This document shows, one piece after another, positions 23,845 through 35,578 of a stretch of DNA of 38,203 nt. Each line of letters begins with the position of its first letter. Position 1 is the stretch's first letter. Source of the stretch: Octopus bimaculoides (taxonomy: Eukaryota); contig NC_068983.1 of NCBI RefSeq assembly GCF_001194135.2, positions 44,188,618-44,226,820 of the forward strand. The letters run 5' to 3'. The notes beneath the pieces were generated by a model. That model was not told the origin of the DNA and did no database searches. It saw only the letters and a program-made list of their open reading frames with translations. A program made the position numbers and the translations under genes.

Positions 23845-24271
23845 TGAGAGAGTGAGAGTGAGGGAGTGAGAGTGAGTGAGTGCAAGACAGAGTGAGTGCA
23901 AGACAGAGAGTGAGTGTGCAAGAGAGAGAGAGAGAGAGTGTGCGAGAGAGAGAGAGAGAGAGAGNNNNNNNNNNNNNNNNNNNNNNNNNNNNNNNNNNNN
24001 NNNNNNNNNNNNNNNNNNNNNNNNNNNNNNNNNNNNNNNNNNNNNNNNNNNNNNNNNNNNNNNNNNNNNNNNNNNNNNNNNNNNNNNNNNNNNNNNNNNN
24101 NNNNNNNNNNNNNNNNNNNNNNNNNNNNNNNNNNNNNNNNNNNNNNNNNNNNNNNNNGAGAGTGGGTGAATGAGTGTGAGAGAGTGTGAGAGTGAGTGAG
24201 TGAGAGTGAGTGCAAGACAGAGTGAGTGCAAGACAGAGAGTGAGTGTGCAAGAGAGAGAGGGAGAGTGTGC

Positions 24272-24303
<32 letters not shown>

Positions 24304-24415
24304 GAGAGAGGGTGAGTGTGTGAGAGAGTGAGAGTGAGTGTGCGAGTGAGTATGCAAGAGTGTGAGTGAGTGTGCAAGACTGTGAGTGAATGAGCAAGAC
24401 TGAGTATGCATGCAA
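23845..24415. repeat. GA/GAGT/gtgcaaga minisatellite with N gap 23965-24158
   Basis: Repeated gagtgagtgcaagaca units and (GA)n; again begins at the slot of a family A SINE. Confidence 0.8.
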
Positions 24416-25320
24416 GCATGCATGTATACCCTTGCCTTGAGATTTAATAGTTGTAAAGTTCTCTTCCCCATCAAACAAGTGATGTTCATTTCCAGTCTTC
24501 CAGGAGAAACATTTCTGGTCATGTGGCAATATTGTTTGGAAAAGGGTTATGGCTTACTCACAGGAAAAGCCTTTGGCTCTAGGATCTAAGCTTCAACAAA
24601 ATTCTGTCTGACACATGCAAGATCGGAAAAGTGAACATCAAATGATGATGATGATGTACAACTGATATAAAACCTGTTGATAATGAGAGATATCATTTCT
24701 GGGGCTCTTGTAGTTCTTGTTTTAAGGAAGAGAGCTGGCAGAATCTGTAGAGCATCAGATAAAATTCCTTGTATTTTCCTAACACTTTATACTGAATTCA
24801 AAACCATTGTAAGATCCCCGCCAGAGTCAAAGAAAGTACTGGGGGTGATGTTACTGACTAAACTCCACCCCCTTCTAAATTGCTGGCCTTGTGCCTAAGT
24901 CAGAAAATTCTTTTGTTTCAGTTGCTGGACTGTGGCCATGCTAGAACACCACCCTGTAGGGTTTTAGTCAATCAAGTCACTCTCAGGACTCAATTTTGCC
25001 CTTCTTTCCTTTCCAAGCCTGGTACTTACTGCAATGTTATCTTTCTATTAATGACTCCCCACTAAGTTACGGAGACGTAAACAAACCTACACCAGTTGTC
25101 AAGTAGCAAGAGACAAACATATATATGCACAAAACGTGACAAACTTAATTTTTTTTCTACTAAATTCACTGACAAGACATTAGCTAATTCAGAACCATAA
25201 AGATTTTCCCAAGGTATCATGCAGTGGAACTGAACCAGAAGCCAGCAGTTGCAAAATGGCCTTCTTAACAACGCAGCAACGATTTGTGCCAATTGTATAA
25301 ATTTTAAATAAATAATTTAT

Positions 25321-25520
25321 TCTTTTGTTTCAGTCGTTTGACTGCGGCCATGCTGGAGTAACACCTTTAGTTGAACAAATCGACCCCAGGATTTATTCTT
25401 TGTAAGCCTGATACTTATTCTATCGCTTCCTTTTGCCGAACCGTTAAGTTACGGGGATGTAAACACACCAACATCGGTTGTCAAGCGATGGTGGGGGACA
25501 AACAGACACAAATAACAAAT

Positions 25521-25561
<41 letters not shown>

Positions 25562-25726
25562 CACGACGGGCTTCTTTCAGTTTCCGTCTACCAAATCCAC
25601 TCACAAGGCTTTGGTCAGCCTGAGGCTATAGTAGAAGACACTTGCCCAAGGTGCCACGCAGTGGGACTGAACCCGGACCATGTAGTTGGGAAGCAAGCTT
25701 CTTACCACACAGCCACTCTTGTGCCT
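25321..25726 (-). mobile_element. Near full-length family A SINE (a second degenerate copy lies at about 24915-25270)
   Basis: Colinear with the copy at 10858-11237. Confidence 0.85.
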
Positions 25727-26101
25727 GTTTTTTTAAAAAAAAAGACCTAAGGCTGTTTATCTTAATACAAAGACATTATTTTGTGTGGCCATCGAAATAC
25801 ATAGAAACAATTTCACGATCCAAATAACGAGCTCAATAGATGTACGTGTTTATGGAGGCGCTTGTGATCATGGTTCATAGTCTAAGTGGAAATAACTGTG
25901 ACAGTTAAGTAAGAGTTATTCCCCTTTAATACCATTTTCTTTTCCTAGCAAAGAGAGTAATGTGGTTGGCTGTCCTGCTAGAAATATCGACCAAAAATCT
26001 CCCCCAAATATCTTATTTGTTGCAGCCATGCTGGGGCACTGCCTTGAAGAATTATAATCGCACGAATCGACCCTATTAATTTCTTTTAAGCCTGATACTT
26101 T

Positions 26102-26945
26102 GAGAGCTCCTACCTCTGCTGGCAACAAAGGGCTTCTCTCTCAGATTGAAAAGCATACAGTTTGATGCCTGTGTGAGAACAGCTATGCTGCATAGCAGTG
26201 AAACATGGTCTGTGACAGCCGAGGACATGCATGGGCTTGAAAGAAATGAAGCCAGTATGCTTTGTTGGATGTGCAATGTCAGTGTGCATGTTTGACAGAG
26301 TATAAACATCTCGAGAGAAAAGTTAGGCATAAGAGGAGTCAGATTTAGTGTGCAAGAGAGACGACTGCACTGGTATGGTCATGTGATGTGTATGGATGAG
26401 GACAGCTGTGTAAAGAAGTACTGATCTCTAACTGTGGAGGGAACCTGTAGTAGAGGTAGACCGAGGAAGATATGGGACGAGGTGGTGAAGCATGACCTTC
26501 GAACTTTGAGCTTCACAAAGGAAATGACTGGTGACCAAGACCTTTGGTGATGTGCTATGCTTGAGAGGACCCATCAAGCCAAGTGAAATCACAATTGTGG
26601 TAACTGGTACCCGTTCTGGTGGCACGTAAAGAACATCTTTCAAGCATTGGGCCAAGCAGAGGCAAAGTGGCTGAGCTCCTTTCAAGCATTGAGCCTCACG
26701 GAGGTAATGACCGAGATCTTTGGCATTATGTTGTGCTTGAGAAGATCCATCAAATTGAGCAAAATCGCAGTTGTGGAAGATACCGGTGTCATGCAAATGG
26801 AGTGGTTGGCATTAGGAAGGGCATCTAGCCATAGAAAACAATGCCAATCAGACTAGAGTCTGGTGCCGCCTTCAAACATGCCATCCCAGTCAACCTGTCC
26901 AACCCATGGTAGCATGGACAATGGACGCTAAATGATGATGATGAC
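26102..26945 (+). mobile_element. 5'-truncated RTE-clade LINE (ORF end plus 3' UTR with (GAT)n tail)
   Basis: Degenerate translation ELLPLLATKGFSLRLK...HSSETWSVT...LERNEASMLCWMCNV...RRLHWYGHVMCMDEDSCVKK...RGRPRKIWDEVVKHDL carries the RTE-type ETW, LRW.GHV and RGRP.K.W motifs. It ends in ...catggacaatggacgctaaatgatgatgatgac. Confidence 0.85.
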
Positions 26946-27280
26946 TTACTCTATAGGTTTATTTTGCACAACTTCTAAATTATGAGTATGTAAACACATT
27001 TACACCGGTTGTCCTGTGGTGGTGACACACACATGCACACAACAGGCATTTTTCAGTTTCCGTCTATGAAATCCACTCACAAGGCTTTGGTTGACCCAAG
27101 GCTATAGTTGAAGACATGTGCCCAAGGTGCCAGGCAGTGGGACTGAACCTGGAACCAGGTGATTAAGAAGCAAACTTCTTATCAAACAGCCAAGAAGGAT
27201 ATACTGGAAGATTATTTCAACAAGTTCAATAAGACAGGATGGTCATGGCTGGCTTGAGATTCTGAACAAAAATGATTTAA

Positions 27281-27501
27281 CCCTTCGGCATTCAGATTCA
27301 TCTGTCAAATGAAGTGCCTTTTTTATTTGTATAGTTTTGAATTTATAATGCATTATCTCATAGCTTTGAGATTTCAATGATGTGATTGTTTTGTTTCAAA
27401 ATGGCATTGTAGGGTGAGTGTGAAAGACCAGATCTGGATGATTTGAAGATAAAACAGGTGATATATTTTGGCCGGACATGGCCAGTTCAAATGCTAAATG
27501 G
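27281..27501. mobile_element. piggyBac-like MITE, family B copy
   Basis: TTAA-cccttcggcattcaga...aatgctaaatgg-TTAA; internal sequence similar to 12707-12920. Confidence 0.75.
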
Positions 27502-28389
27502 TTAAATCCAATGAACCTGAATGTGTGTGTGTGTGTGTGCGTGTATATATATATATAGTCCAACAGTTGATTATCTTTGAGGAGTAAAGTAAGATCTAAC
27601 AGGAAATACTAAGTATAGAGGATACAAAAATGAAATACCTCAATTATTATTATTTGTTTATTAGTTTTGCTTCATATTTATCAATCATTTTCATAATGAA
27701 TTTCAATGTATTGGCAAATGTGAAGTGCTAAATAAATAGATAACTAGTTGACACCACTTAAGTACACAGCCATGCCAGCCCCTGTCTTGTATTTGAAAAA
27801 AGAAAAAAAAGATGCAATCACAAAATATCAAAGTTGTTGGATATGAAAGTTCTTAATTGGTTGTTTTTAGTGACATGGCTCTCTGAAGTATCCAACAACT
27901 CAGTCTTCAACAAGCAACAACAACTGTTCTAACTAGTGTTGCAATGACCTTGACAACTAAGTAACACTTTCAGATGCTTCAGTGGTTGTAAAACAACAAA
28001 TTGTATACAACCCCCACCACTAAATTCCACCCCTGCCATGGGCACTACCACCCATCCCATAAGCAGCGCAACCAATACCGCAACTACCATTATAGTTACT
28101 ATCATCACCCTCGAGCACAATCACCACTTTCCACACTCTCACCAACACAATCACCATGTTCACTACAACCATCGCATCTCCCCACCCATTCCCTGTAGTC
28201 TCCCTCCTACCACCTCACCTGATATCGTGTGACAAGTGAAGCATAACAGACAGAATTATTCATGCAAGGTTAGCGGTCAAAAGCCATGAGACAAGATTTC
28301 TCATTCATTGATATTATTATTATCATCATTTGGTTAACCTGATCAGTTTCAGAGAATCCCACAAATTATCTCATGACAGGTTTTGTTTG

Positions 28390-28432
<43 letters not shown>

Positions 28433-28473
28433 CTACACACATATACACATGCATACACACACACATACATATA

Positions 28474-28767
28474 CAGGGGTTGGACAAAATAATGGAAGCA
28501 CCTAGCATAATAATTTTGAAATATCTATAAAACCCGTCAAAAGCTTGTTTATTTTTATATTTTTTGATTTATTATTAGTGTTGCTTAATATATTTTGTTA
28601 AAATTGCTGTTTCTTTTCAGATATCATCAGAAAAAGGTAATTAAAATTCATTAAAATGACAGATCTATCAAACTTTCAAAGAGGTCAAATTGTTGGTGCT
28701 CGTATGGCAGGCACTAGTGTAACGAAAGCAGCTGAAATGTTTGGTGTATCAAGAAGTACTGTCTCGA
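28474..28767 (+). mobile_element. Tc1-family DNA transposon 5' fragment (left TIR plus transposase N-terminal HTH)
   Basis: TA followed by CAGGGGTTGGACAAAATAATGGAAGCACC (Tc1-type TIR). ORF from 28656, MTDLSNFQRGQIVGARMAGTSVTKAAEMFGVSRSTVS, is a paired-like HTH that breaks into simple repeat. No right TIR seen. Confidence 0.85.
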
Positions 28768-29089
28768 GTATATATGTATGTATGTGCATGCATGTGAGTA
28801 TATGCATGCATGTGAGTATATGCACGTGTATGCATATGAGCAAAAAATACAGATAAAACACAAAAGCCAAAATTCCTTTCAGTTCTGAAAAATCTTTAAA
28901 ATCAAAGTTAAATAAATAAATCGATTCCTAAAATTTGTCGTTGTTTCTGGCATAAGACAAGGCCCAAAATTTGTATTCTGTTTGCACGGATTGGACAGAA
29001 TTTGTTGAAGCAGATTTTTTATTGCCGATGCCCTTCTTATCACCGACTCCCACCTGTTTCCAAGTAAGGTTTATATTTCCCTATGATAT

Positions 29090-29320
29090 GGTGGCGAGCT
29101 GGCAGAATCATTAGCACAATGGGTGAAATACTTAGCATATTTCATCTGCCCTTACATTCTGAGTTCAAATTCTGCCGAGGTCAACTTTGCTCTCATCCTT
29201 TCGGAGTCGATTAACTAAGTACCAGTTACACATTGGGGTCGATGTAACTGACTTAATCCCTTTGTCTGTCCTTGTTTGTCCTATCTATGTTTAGTCCCCC
29301 CAAGGGCAACAAGGAAATAA
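29090..29320 (+). mobile_element. OK-like SINE nested in a minus-strand older repeat
   Basis: Full SINE motifs; atatttccc at 29073-29081 and 29321-29329; the host repeat continues on both sides. Confidence 0.75.
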
Positions 29321-30135
29321 ATATTTCCCCGTGACTAGATTTGTTTTCATGGAAGACTGAAAAATGAAGGAGACAGCTTGCATGATGGTGACACAACTGT
29401 CATGTGATGTCAAAACAAGGAAACACACACAAAGCAGGTTTCTTTCAATTTCTGTCTACCAAATCCACACATAAAACTTAGGTCACCTTGGGGCAATAGA
29501 AATTTGCCTTAAGTGCCACATAATGGAACTGAACCTGAAACCATGTGGCTGGGAAGCAAACTTCTTAACCACACAGCCATTGCCAGCACTCGGGTGTGTG
29601 TGTGTGTGTAATTACTAGGCCCAAGACACAAAGATGACAAGAACTAAATGTGAACTCCAAATGTGATCAATGCCAGGCCTGCCTGACTGACTGGCTCCTG
29701 TGCCGGTGGCATATAAAAGGCACTATACAAACGTAATTGATGCCAGGCCCGCTTGACTGGTTCCTGTGCCAGTGGCATGTAAAAAGCATTAACCGAATGT
29801 GATCAATGCCAAGCTCCTACCCCAGTGTGATCGATGCAGGCCCACCTGACTGGCTCCTTGCTGGTGGCACGTAAAAAGCACCCGTTACACTCTCAGAGTG
29901 GTTGGCATTAGGAAGGGCATCCAGTTGTATAAACATTGCCAGATCAGATTTGAGCCCGGTGCAGCCTTCTGGCTTCTCAGACCTCAGTCAAACCGTCCAA
30001 CCATGCCAGCATAGAAAACGGACATTAAACAATGATGATTAATTAAATAGAAAAGATATTTTCTTGAATATGCCAAAACACAAATCCATGAAGAAACAAT
30101 CCCACTTTGGTTGTGAGAATTAACATTGTTTTTAC

Positions 30136-30232
30136 CTGTGGACCTTCTCGGTCACTTCTGAAAACTGGTGTAACAATTCTTCGTTTTGTCGTTTTGATAC
30201 TTCTTGGATAAACAACTAAGATTTCAAACCAC
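30136..30232 (-). CDS. MPRIP: Internal coding exon, end of PH domain of MPRIP/outspread-like gene
   Basis: Acceptor gtctgtttttag and donor CAG|gtaaaa; 97 nt, phase 2 to 0, compatible with the previous exon (AG+G=Arg). Translation WFEILVVYPRSIKTTKRRIVTPVFRSDREGPQ matches the recalled MPRIP WLEMLMVYPRTNKQ..KKKR (PH C-terminal Trp helix). Confidence 0.9.
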
Positions 30233-31220
30233 CTAAAAACAGACAATAAAACAACATAATTAGAAATGCCAGTGTTTAAGGTCGTGTTTTTGCTATTTTT
30301 CTACACGGTTTTGAGAATAAAACAATATTGTTATATAATTCAACTTGTGCAACTATATTAAACATTAAAAGTCATTCAGAAAAAGTACACTGGCTGACTA
30401 ATTAACTTTTACCTGAACCAAGAAAGTGATTCATGGAAAATGCCAGACATATTTCGGCCTTTTTGGGTCTTGTCAATGCTATGTAACACTTAACTACATG
30501 CTTAGATGGGGTTCATCCCCTCAGCACCCAGTCCACTCTGTGAAGTGGTTGGTGTTAGGAAGGGCATCTAGCTATAGAAACTATGCCAAAACAGACAAAA
30601 CGGAGTCAGGTGCAGGTTATTTGTTGAAAGTTACTGCTTTTATTGCAATTAATTTTTAAAATAATGAATTTAGTGAAACAAATTTTTCCTTATTAAGTTA
30701 GAGTTAGGAATATAAATTAACACAAAATATCGATCCATTTAAAACAAGAAGCTTGTACTACAGAACCAGGGTGAGAGAAGAGTCACAGGCAGTTTGATTT
30801 CAAAAGGGTTAATAATGTCTACTTTTGGCAGCTAATCTGTTTTCAAAACGTGACCAGATTGCAGGTTTATTAATTAACAACCAGCTGTCGAATACTGGAG
30901 GTTGAATAAACAGTTTAGAAGCTAATGAGATTCTCAAATCAATTATTGAATCTAATGGTCAATTTCAGATTTAACTAATGCATATTCTAAAATTACACAC
31001 ACACTACTGGCCTACACACAAGGCTTGGCCATATTCAGTTGATTTTTTCCTGAAATTTAGGTTAGTCATCAGTATACAGAACAGAGTCAAGTCAAAATTC
31101 TGGTTGTTGTTAATAGATTTTGTTGTAGGGAAGAGAGGACAAATATTCCAGCAAGGCCAGAACTAGAATTAACAATTCATACTAAATCCTATGAAATCAA
31201 CACCTGTGAAGCTAGCTTAA

Positions 31221-31609
31221 CCTTTTCATTATTGTATTTCTGTTGAGCTGTTCTGTGTTTCTTTCAATTACTTTAAATCTAACAAAGAATTTAGTAAAAT
31301 AACTTAGTTATCATTAAGCTTGTGTTAGGAACATAAATTGTGACTAAGGTTTGATGGAAGATTTTAATTCAAAACTTATGAAAACAAGACATTTGTACTA
31401 CAGAGCCAGAGCTGGTTTCAGCCAGGTTGGTTATCAAAAGGGTTAAGAATTGTTTCTCTATTATATATTTTAACCCTTTTGCCATCATATTTCTGTTGAG
31501 ATGCTCTGTGTTTCTTCCAATTAATTTTTGAATATAACAATGAATTTAGTAAAATAACTTTTGTACTACAGAGCCAGAGCCGATTTCAGCTGGGTTGGTA
31601 TCAAAAGGG
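31221..31609. mobile_element. Two adjacent piggyBac-like MITEs, family A (about 31221-31442 and 31474-31609)
   Basis: Each is bounded by TTAA-cc(c)tttt...aaaaggg-TTAA. The second is an internally deleted version of the first. A further right-hand fragment lies at about 30650-30808. Confidence 0.75.
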
Positions 31610-31663
31610 TTAAGAGCAAGGGTTGAATATTAAGTTTTTCTACCCGAGCAAGGGATGGACAAA

Positions 31664-31862
31664 TTTTACTTGTTTCAGTCATTTGATTGTGGCCATGCTG
31701 GAGCACCGCCTTTTAGTCGAGCTAATCGACTCCAGGACTTATTCTTTGTAAGCCTAGTACTTATTCTATCGGTCTCTTTCGCCGAACCGCAAGCTTATGG
31801 GGATGTAAACACATCAGCATCGGTTGTCAAGTGATGTTGGGGGGACAAACACAGACACATAT

Positions 31863-31897
<35 letters not shown>

Positions 31898-32053
31898 CAC
31901 ACACGACGGGCTTCTTTCAGTTTCTGTCTACCAAATCTACTCACAAGGCTTTAGTCGGCCTGAGGCTATAGTAGAAGACACTAGACCCAAGGTGCCATGC
32001 AGTGGGACTGAACCCGGAACCATGTGGTTCGTAAGCAAGCTATTTACCACACT
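31664..32053 (-). mobile_element. Near full-length family A SINE (another copy at about 32415-32725)
   Basis: Colinear with the other copies. Further fragments at about 3715-3840, 4620-4800, 13827-13940(+), 17840-17965(+), 18675-18890, 22419-22505, 22573-22700(+), 23727-23845(+), 26990-27190, 29430-29580 and 36765-37270. Confidence 0.85.
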
Positions 32054-32782
32054 ACACACAGAAAATAAAAAACAACACACACACACACAAAACTAAACAG
32101 AAGTAGGTAGTAATTTCATTGTGCAATTCCACCAAGGTTGACTTTGCATCTCATCCTTTCCGGGTGGATAAAAACCAGTACCAGTTAAACACTGGGGTCA
32201 ATGTAATCAACTTATATTGAGGAGGGGGGGAGAAGACAGGAATGAATGCCTAGTTGCCAATGGGTTGTGTGGGTCTTTTCTTGGTGCAGTCAAGGTTGAC
32301 TGAGGAGCTGAACCCCATCTCAGCCGTTGGAGGAATACTTTATCATCAGAGGCACTTGGGCTTCCTAGACTTTCAATAATTGCTGGGATTTGCACTTACA
32401 TAGCATGGACTGCTGAGCACAAGACCCGGCAAGTAAAATGAAAAGTCGAATGAATCAGCTCCATTATTTTTTTTTATATCTGGTACTAATTCTATCAATC
32501 TCTTTTGCTGAACCGCTAAGTTATGGTGATGTAAGCATATCAACATCAGTTGTCAAATGGGGGACAAACTCAAACACAAAGATACACACTACAGGCTTCT
32601 TTCAGTTTCTGCCTACCAAATTCACTTCAAGACTTTGGTTGGCCCAAGGCTACAGTAGAAGCTACTTGTCCAAGGTACCATGCTGTGGGACTGAACCCGG
32701 AACCATGTAGTTGGGAAGCAAGCTTTATTTGTAGAAGTTTCTATCACTAAATGAAGAGAATATCTATGTCTTGATAGCTTAC

Positions 32783-32934
32783 CTTGAGATTTCCTCTTTG
32801 AGTGTGCCCTTAATGTAGTAGATTTTCTCAGGAATCACTACAGCCAATGAGAATTGATGTCCAGTGTGATTTTCGGCGTCATAGACATCAACACATTTGT
32901 TCATATCAATTTCTCCTTGTGGCACTGTGTCCGG
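32783..32934 (-). CDS. MPRIP: Internal coding exon, MPRIP/outspread-like N-terminal PH domain (second half)
   Basis: Acceptor ttttttttccccccaaaatag and donor AAG|gtaagc; 152 nt, phase 0 to 2. Translation PDTVPQGEIDMNKCVDVYDAENHTGHQFSLAVVIPEKIYYIKGTLKEEIS(R) aligns by eye with the recalled MPRIP PH1 (PQGTINMNQCTDVVDGE.RTGQKFSLCILTPEKEHFIRAETKEI). Not in the ORF track because it has no start codon. Confidence 0.9.
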
Positions 32935-33184
32935 CTATTTTGGGGGGAAAAAAAGAAAAAAAAATTTCATCATAAACATGTACAAAACATCTAACAATAT
33001 ATAAATACTTGCATGAATTGAATCATCATCAATTTAACATCCATTTTTCCATGCTGGCATGGATCAGACAAATTTTGTTGAGGTAGATTTTCTATGGCTG
33101 GATGCTCTTCCTGTCGAGCATGGAAAAGTCGACATTAAAACAGTAACAGTTATTCAATTGTTTGTGTATGTGTGTGAGTGGCAT

Positions 33185-33198
33185 AAATACACACACAC

Positions 33199-33258
<60 letters not shown>

Positions 33259-33412
33259 NNNNNNNNNNNNNNNNNNNNNNNNNNNNNNNNNNNNNNNNNN
33301 NNNNNNNNNNNNNNNNNNNNNNNNNNNNNNNNNNNNNNNNNNNNNNNNNNNNNNNNNNNNNNNNNNNNNNNNNNNNNNNNNNNNNNNNNNNNNNNNNNNN
33401 NNNNNNNNNNNN

Positions 33413-33460
<48 letters not shown>
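33185..33460. repeat. (CA)n - gap - (TA)n microsatellite
   Basis: Visible directly; N gap at 33259-33412. Confidence 0.95.
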
Positions 33461-33461
<1 letters not shown>

Positions 33462-34406
33462 GCTTGCATCATTCAATCTGCAGTCAACTCTGATTTGGAT
33501 TTTAATCTGATAGCAATAGACAGAAAAATATGCTAATGTATTCCAAAATGTTGCCTTGTACAAGGATAGGGGTGGTGGGGAGAGGAGGGAAACAGAGAGA
33601 GGGACAAAGAGGAGAGAGAGAAAGAGAGAGAGAGAAAGAAAGAGAGAGAAAGAGAGAGAGAGAGGTTGATTGACAAGTAACAAGTAATGGCCAAGTAGAA
33701 TACATTACAAAATAAATAAATAAATAACTTTAAGAAAACAAAGCATATGTTTTGGATTAGAGCCAAGTCCCAAAGGTAATAAAATCTTAGAAATAAGTAA
33801 ACTACATATTATTTACAATTTTGTAAACTAATCAATAAGACCTTTTTTTAACACCCGACCCCAACAAGCAATGGCAAGACATTCCTACCTCCCTACATTC
33901 TGAACTTTATATTAAATATCTTACAAGATGTTGATATCTTCTCATATACGAACAATTCTTCAAACCAAAATTTAATATACCCAGGACTTTTTTTTTTTTT
34001 TTAATTCATTCCAATCTGCAAATATCTGCAGATGGAACTGATGTGTTTATGCCTGTCGATCCTTTTGGTGAAGGGGAACCCAAAGAGCCCTATGTGTGAT
34101 TTCAATTTGTGTAGTATACTGTGGTTCAGTGGTACTCAGCTGGGTCCAATGTGGCCCTTTGTTGGGGCGGGGTCCATATCAAATTTTGTTAAATGTTTTG
34201 CAAACAACTTTACATGCAAGTGCTACCAGTCGAGACCTCAGTATACCGGAAGCCACCAAGTGTATGGGGTCATCAGGAGAGAATGTGTGCTGTTTCGGGG
34301 CCTACCTCTCAATGGTATCAATGCACACTGGCCCCCACTCACTGATATGAGGCCCCGCTTGCTAGATCAGCTGGTTGTCAAATAAAGCTCAATATTCTTC
34401 TCACCA

Positions 34407-34800
34407 TCACTCATTGTTTCTTTTTAACCAAATCCAGCGGCTAGCTTTTTCCATTGTAGTTTGGATATCGGTAATGGTGGTATTTACCTTACGATGAGTT
34501 AGGCCTGACGATAACTGCCTCACACTGTGTCCAACAAACCCTCTACATCCGACTTTGATTGGAAAATGCTCCGCTTTCCAACCTGCTTCTTCACATTCCT
34601 CAAGGAGGTTTACATAACAGTCAGTCTTTCGAGCCCGAGTGGCGCCCATGTTATCTTCATGAGGAACTGTTAACTCGACTAGATTTACAACTTTCTTTCT
34701 TTCACACCACATTAAAATGTCCGTTTTTTTCATAACTGGGATGGCAAAGAGTCTCTGGCACCCTGGTAAATCTGCAGTCACCTCCCAATAGCCGTTCCAC
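34407..34800 (-). mobile_element. RLE-type non-LTR retrotransposon (HERO-like) C-terminal restriction-like endonuclease fragment
   Basis: WEVTADL...KTDILMWCERKKVVNLVELTVPHEDNM...RKTDCY..L.EECEEAGWKAEHFPIKVGCRGFVG...EKASRWIWLKR matches the recalled HERO RLE pattern (RPD...ELTVPWE...K..KY...GW.....P.EVGCRGF...ASRWLW). Confidence 0.8.
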
Positions 34801-35358
34801 TTTCCTCACTCACAAGAGCAATAAATTGGTTACACTTCTACAACACACAAAATATTTTAATGCTTTCATACAACCCCTAAAAATATCCAATTGCAAAAAT
34901 CGGATTTTTTAAACATCAAATGACTATGGAGGTCCAGAAGAGGAAAATAGGAACTGAAGAGACTCATAGGTAAAAAAATGGTTGACAACAACTGTTGTAG
35001 ATAATAGAAAGAAAGGTGGATAGCAAGAAAATTGACCACATTCATTATACAGTATTTATAACATTTGTAATATTTTATATTTCCAGACTTAAAGAGATTT
35101 ACTTTTTAAATACATTTTTGACTGCCTTGCTTGCCTGCAAAGGATGGGTTTTTTTTTGCTTTTATAATTACTGACCTATTTATTTATTATTTTTTGACCT
35201 CCTACCAACTTGCCCAAATTAGCCAAGCTGCCAAAGGGCTTAATCCGATTTTTTATGCAATTTCTGAAAAACCAAAAGCTTTGTAATCTTTACTTGTTGT
35301 AATCAATAAAAAAAATATTCGACGTAAACTGGATTAGAAAATTTATTTTATTATTTAA

Positions 35359-35578
35359 CCCTTTAGCGTTCAGATTAATTTGGCAAAAATAATCCTTATT
35401 TATTCACATTTAAAAAAATTTATCTAATATTATTTTGTAGCTTCAAGATAGGAAAGATGTAATTGCTTATTTTCAGAATGACATTGCAGGGTAGGTGTGA
35501 GATGCTGGTTCTGGCCAGTTTGAGCATAAAATGTGTAGAATATTTGGGCCAGATACAGCCGGTTTAAACACTAAAGGG
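35359..35578. mobile_element. piggyBac-like MITE, family B copy
   Basis: TTAA-ccctttagcgtt...aacactaaaggg-TTAA; same internal motifs (gggtaggtgtgaga, gaatatttgggcc). Confidence 0.75.

Noticed and set aside
32207-32395. 62-aa minus ORF between the two PH exons
   Set aside because: It lies inside a phase-compatible intron, has no acceptor and overlaps SINE fragments.
34255-34300. GAAAC and CUGAUGA motifs on the minus strand in the HERO-like 3' UTR
   Set aside because: Only about 15 nt separate them and the flanks do not pair, so it is not a hammerhead.
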